Source: Marsupella aquatica (Eukaryota > Plantae > Marchantiophyta). From it: DNA of 64,000 bases. The notes below the pieces were generated by a model. That model ran no database searches. It saw nothing but the letters and a program-made list of their open reading frames with translations, and had not been told where the DNA came from. The DNA lies in assembly GCA_973895155.1 (NCBI GenBank), contig OZ316895.1, positions 9,412,184 through 9,476,183 of the forward strand. The letters are read 5' to 3'. Numbering within the stretch: the first letter of the stretch is position 1; each line of letters begins with the position of its first letter. A program made the translations under genes and the position numbers. This document shows positions 62,254-64,000 of the stretch, piece by piece.

Positions 62254-64000
62254 CTCCAGAAGGTGGAGCGTCAAACAAAGCTACAGTACAAGTTCGACAA
62301 AAAATCCTTGCTCGGGGAAAGAGGAAGAATTGGAAACGTTATGCGTCGCCCTCTTCCGACAAGTCAGTCCCTGAAGAAAGTCCGGCGAATGTGTACTCCG
62401 TGCGGCGATTTCGTGGACGGCTATTGCGGCGATTTCGTACACAGCTTCGACGTTGTTGCGGTAATTCATTTGCCTTTCTTCGATGCGTTTCGTTTCGTTT
62501 GGCTTTCCTTTCCTCGTCAAACTTCTCACCTCACTGAATTCATCTCGATGGTTGTGTTGTGTCAATTTGTGTGTGTGTCCGTCTGGCGTCGTGCCCCTTC
62601 TCCTCCCCGAGCATTGCGCTTCGAAAGGGTCCGGCCTCGCGAGCTTCGCAGCCGCGCGCGCGGTTCCTCTCCAGCGACGCACACTTCGCCGCTCGCTTTT
62701 CTCGAACCAAGTTGTTTGTTTTGCAACTAGAGTAAGCTCAGTCCAGTAAGCACAGTACAGTAAGCACAGTACAGTACAGTATAGTATGCGATTTCTTTGT
62801 TATAGTATACGGAGAACCGTATCTTCGAGGTATCGTCTCCACGAGACCCTATTTAGGGGGTTTCAAATCTCAAAACTTGATGGGACCATAATTACTAAGT
62901 TAAGGGTTAGGGACTGAAAAAGTTATGGATTGTCAAATTCATGATTGATAAGTTTTGCTTATAAAGATTGGTCATATGTCATCACCATAAATCAATGTAG
63001 GTGCAAGTGAAAGAATAATGAAAATAAAACTTACACAACCCTGTTACAAAGCTATGGCAAAACTGTGGCAATTTGCTTAGGGGAAAAGCCATTGTCTGTA
63101 GCTATGAAGCTTTCAGATGCCCTATTGGAATGCCCGGACAAGAAACTGTATCCTAGTCTCTGCCAATGTTAGCTATGGCTTGTTGTTTAGAGCCAACTTG
63201 CATGTGGGCAGTCCTAAAGACATGGCCCTTAGCACTCCCTGAACTGATGGGGAAAACAGATCTCACTTTTCCACAATATGGAGCTTTCTCACAAGACCTT
63301 CCAAAGCGTGTTTTTGTTTCATTCACTTCAAAGTATGGTACCTCAAGAGCCTGAAGTTTTCCGGCCTTACCCTTGGTTCTCCACTCTTTTTGCTGCCACG
63401 CCTGCCTGACGAGGAGCTTGAGGCATAAGATCTATTGTCAACTTTTGAATGTCACCTGTCAAATTGAGTGCTGGAGAGCAAAGGCTAACTGCTACAAGTT
63501 TGCTCTTAGACTACGCATGAAATCTACACTTACGGTACTACTGTAAGCACTACTTTCCTGATATGATTTTCTTGTGAATAGTAACCTGGTCCATTCAAAC
63601 ACTACTTTCATGATGCAAATGAGCGCCATGCCTGTGCGTTGCACAATTGGGTGAGTGAGAAAGCAAGGGCCTGGAAAGAGTCGTGGGCACTGATCAGATT
63701 GCGTACCGACTCCACTCCTGGGTACTGGGCAGCATGGCATACGTCAATTATGAGGGAGGGAGTAGTCGGCAGTTGGGCATACCCCTGCCTCAGGCCCAAC
63801 GCGAGGACGGAGTACCCCTGCCTCCACCCTTTTAGCATTCAAGGCTCCCCTTTTTGCATTGAACGGTTAGTAAAAAAGTGCAAAAGAATTCAACAGCTAC
63901 TGATCATTCCAACTCATAACTGTTTTTGTAAGCGGACGATGGACAAAATTTGGCGGGATTGGGTATTATAGTTGTAGATTTTTTTCTTTGTTTTTCTGTT

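Overview
Eukaryotic nuclear DNA from a land plant; the GT-AG introns, long 5' leaders and protein sequences suggest a bryophyte/liverwort-like genome (inference). Eight protein-coding genes are supported: a BSD-domain protein, an F-box/kelch protein, a plastid-type HDA14-like deacetylase, a LIP1/RABL3-like small GTPase, CSE1/exportin-2, a pterin-4a-carbinolamine dehydratase, a plastid YgfZ/COG0354 protein and an FCA-like RNA-binding protein. Intergenic space holds two related TGT...ACA elements with perfect 5-bp target-site duplications, a LINE remnant, a hairpin MITE, a tRNA-like/SINE head and several tandem and dispersed repeats. Highlights: (1) the FCA-like gene has RRM-RRM-WW plus a C-terminal CELF/Bruno-type RRM3 ending in QPY*; (2) a 4.3-kb solo-LTR-like element carries a decayed ~620-codon ORF and a palindrome array, and shares only one end with its 2.8-kb relative; (3) the divergent F-box and intronless HDA14 genes share a ~1.4-kb upstream region by inverted duplication; (4) a two-unit minisatellite has 166-bp higher-order structure. 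Exon boundaries and identities were read by eye; no database searches were run.
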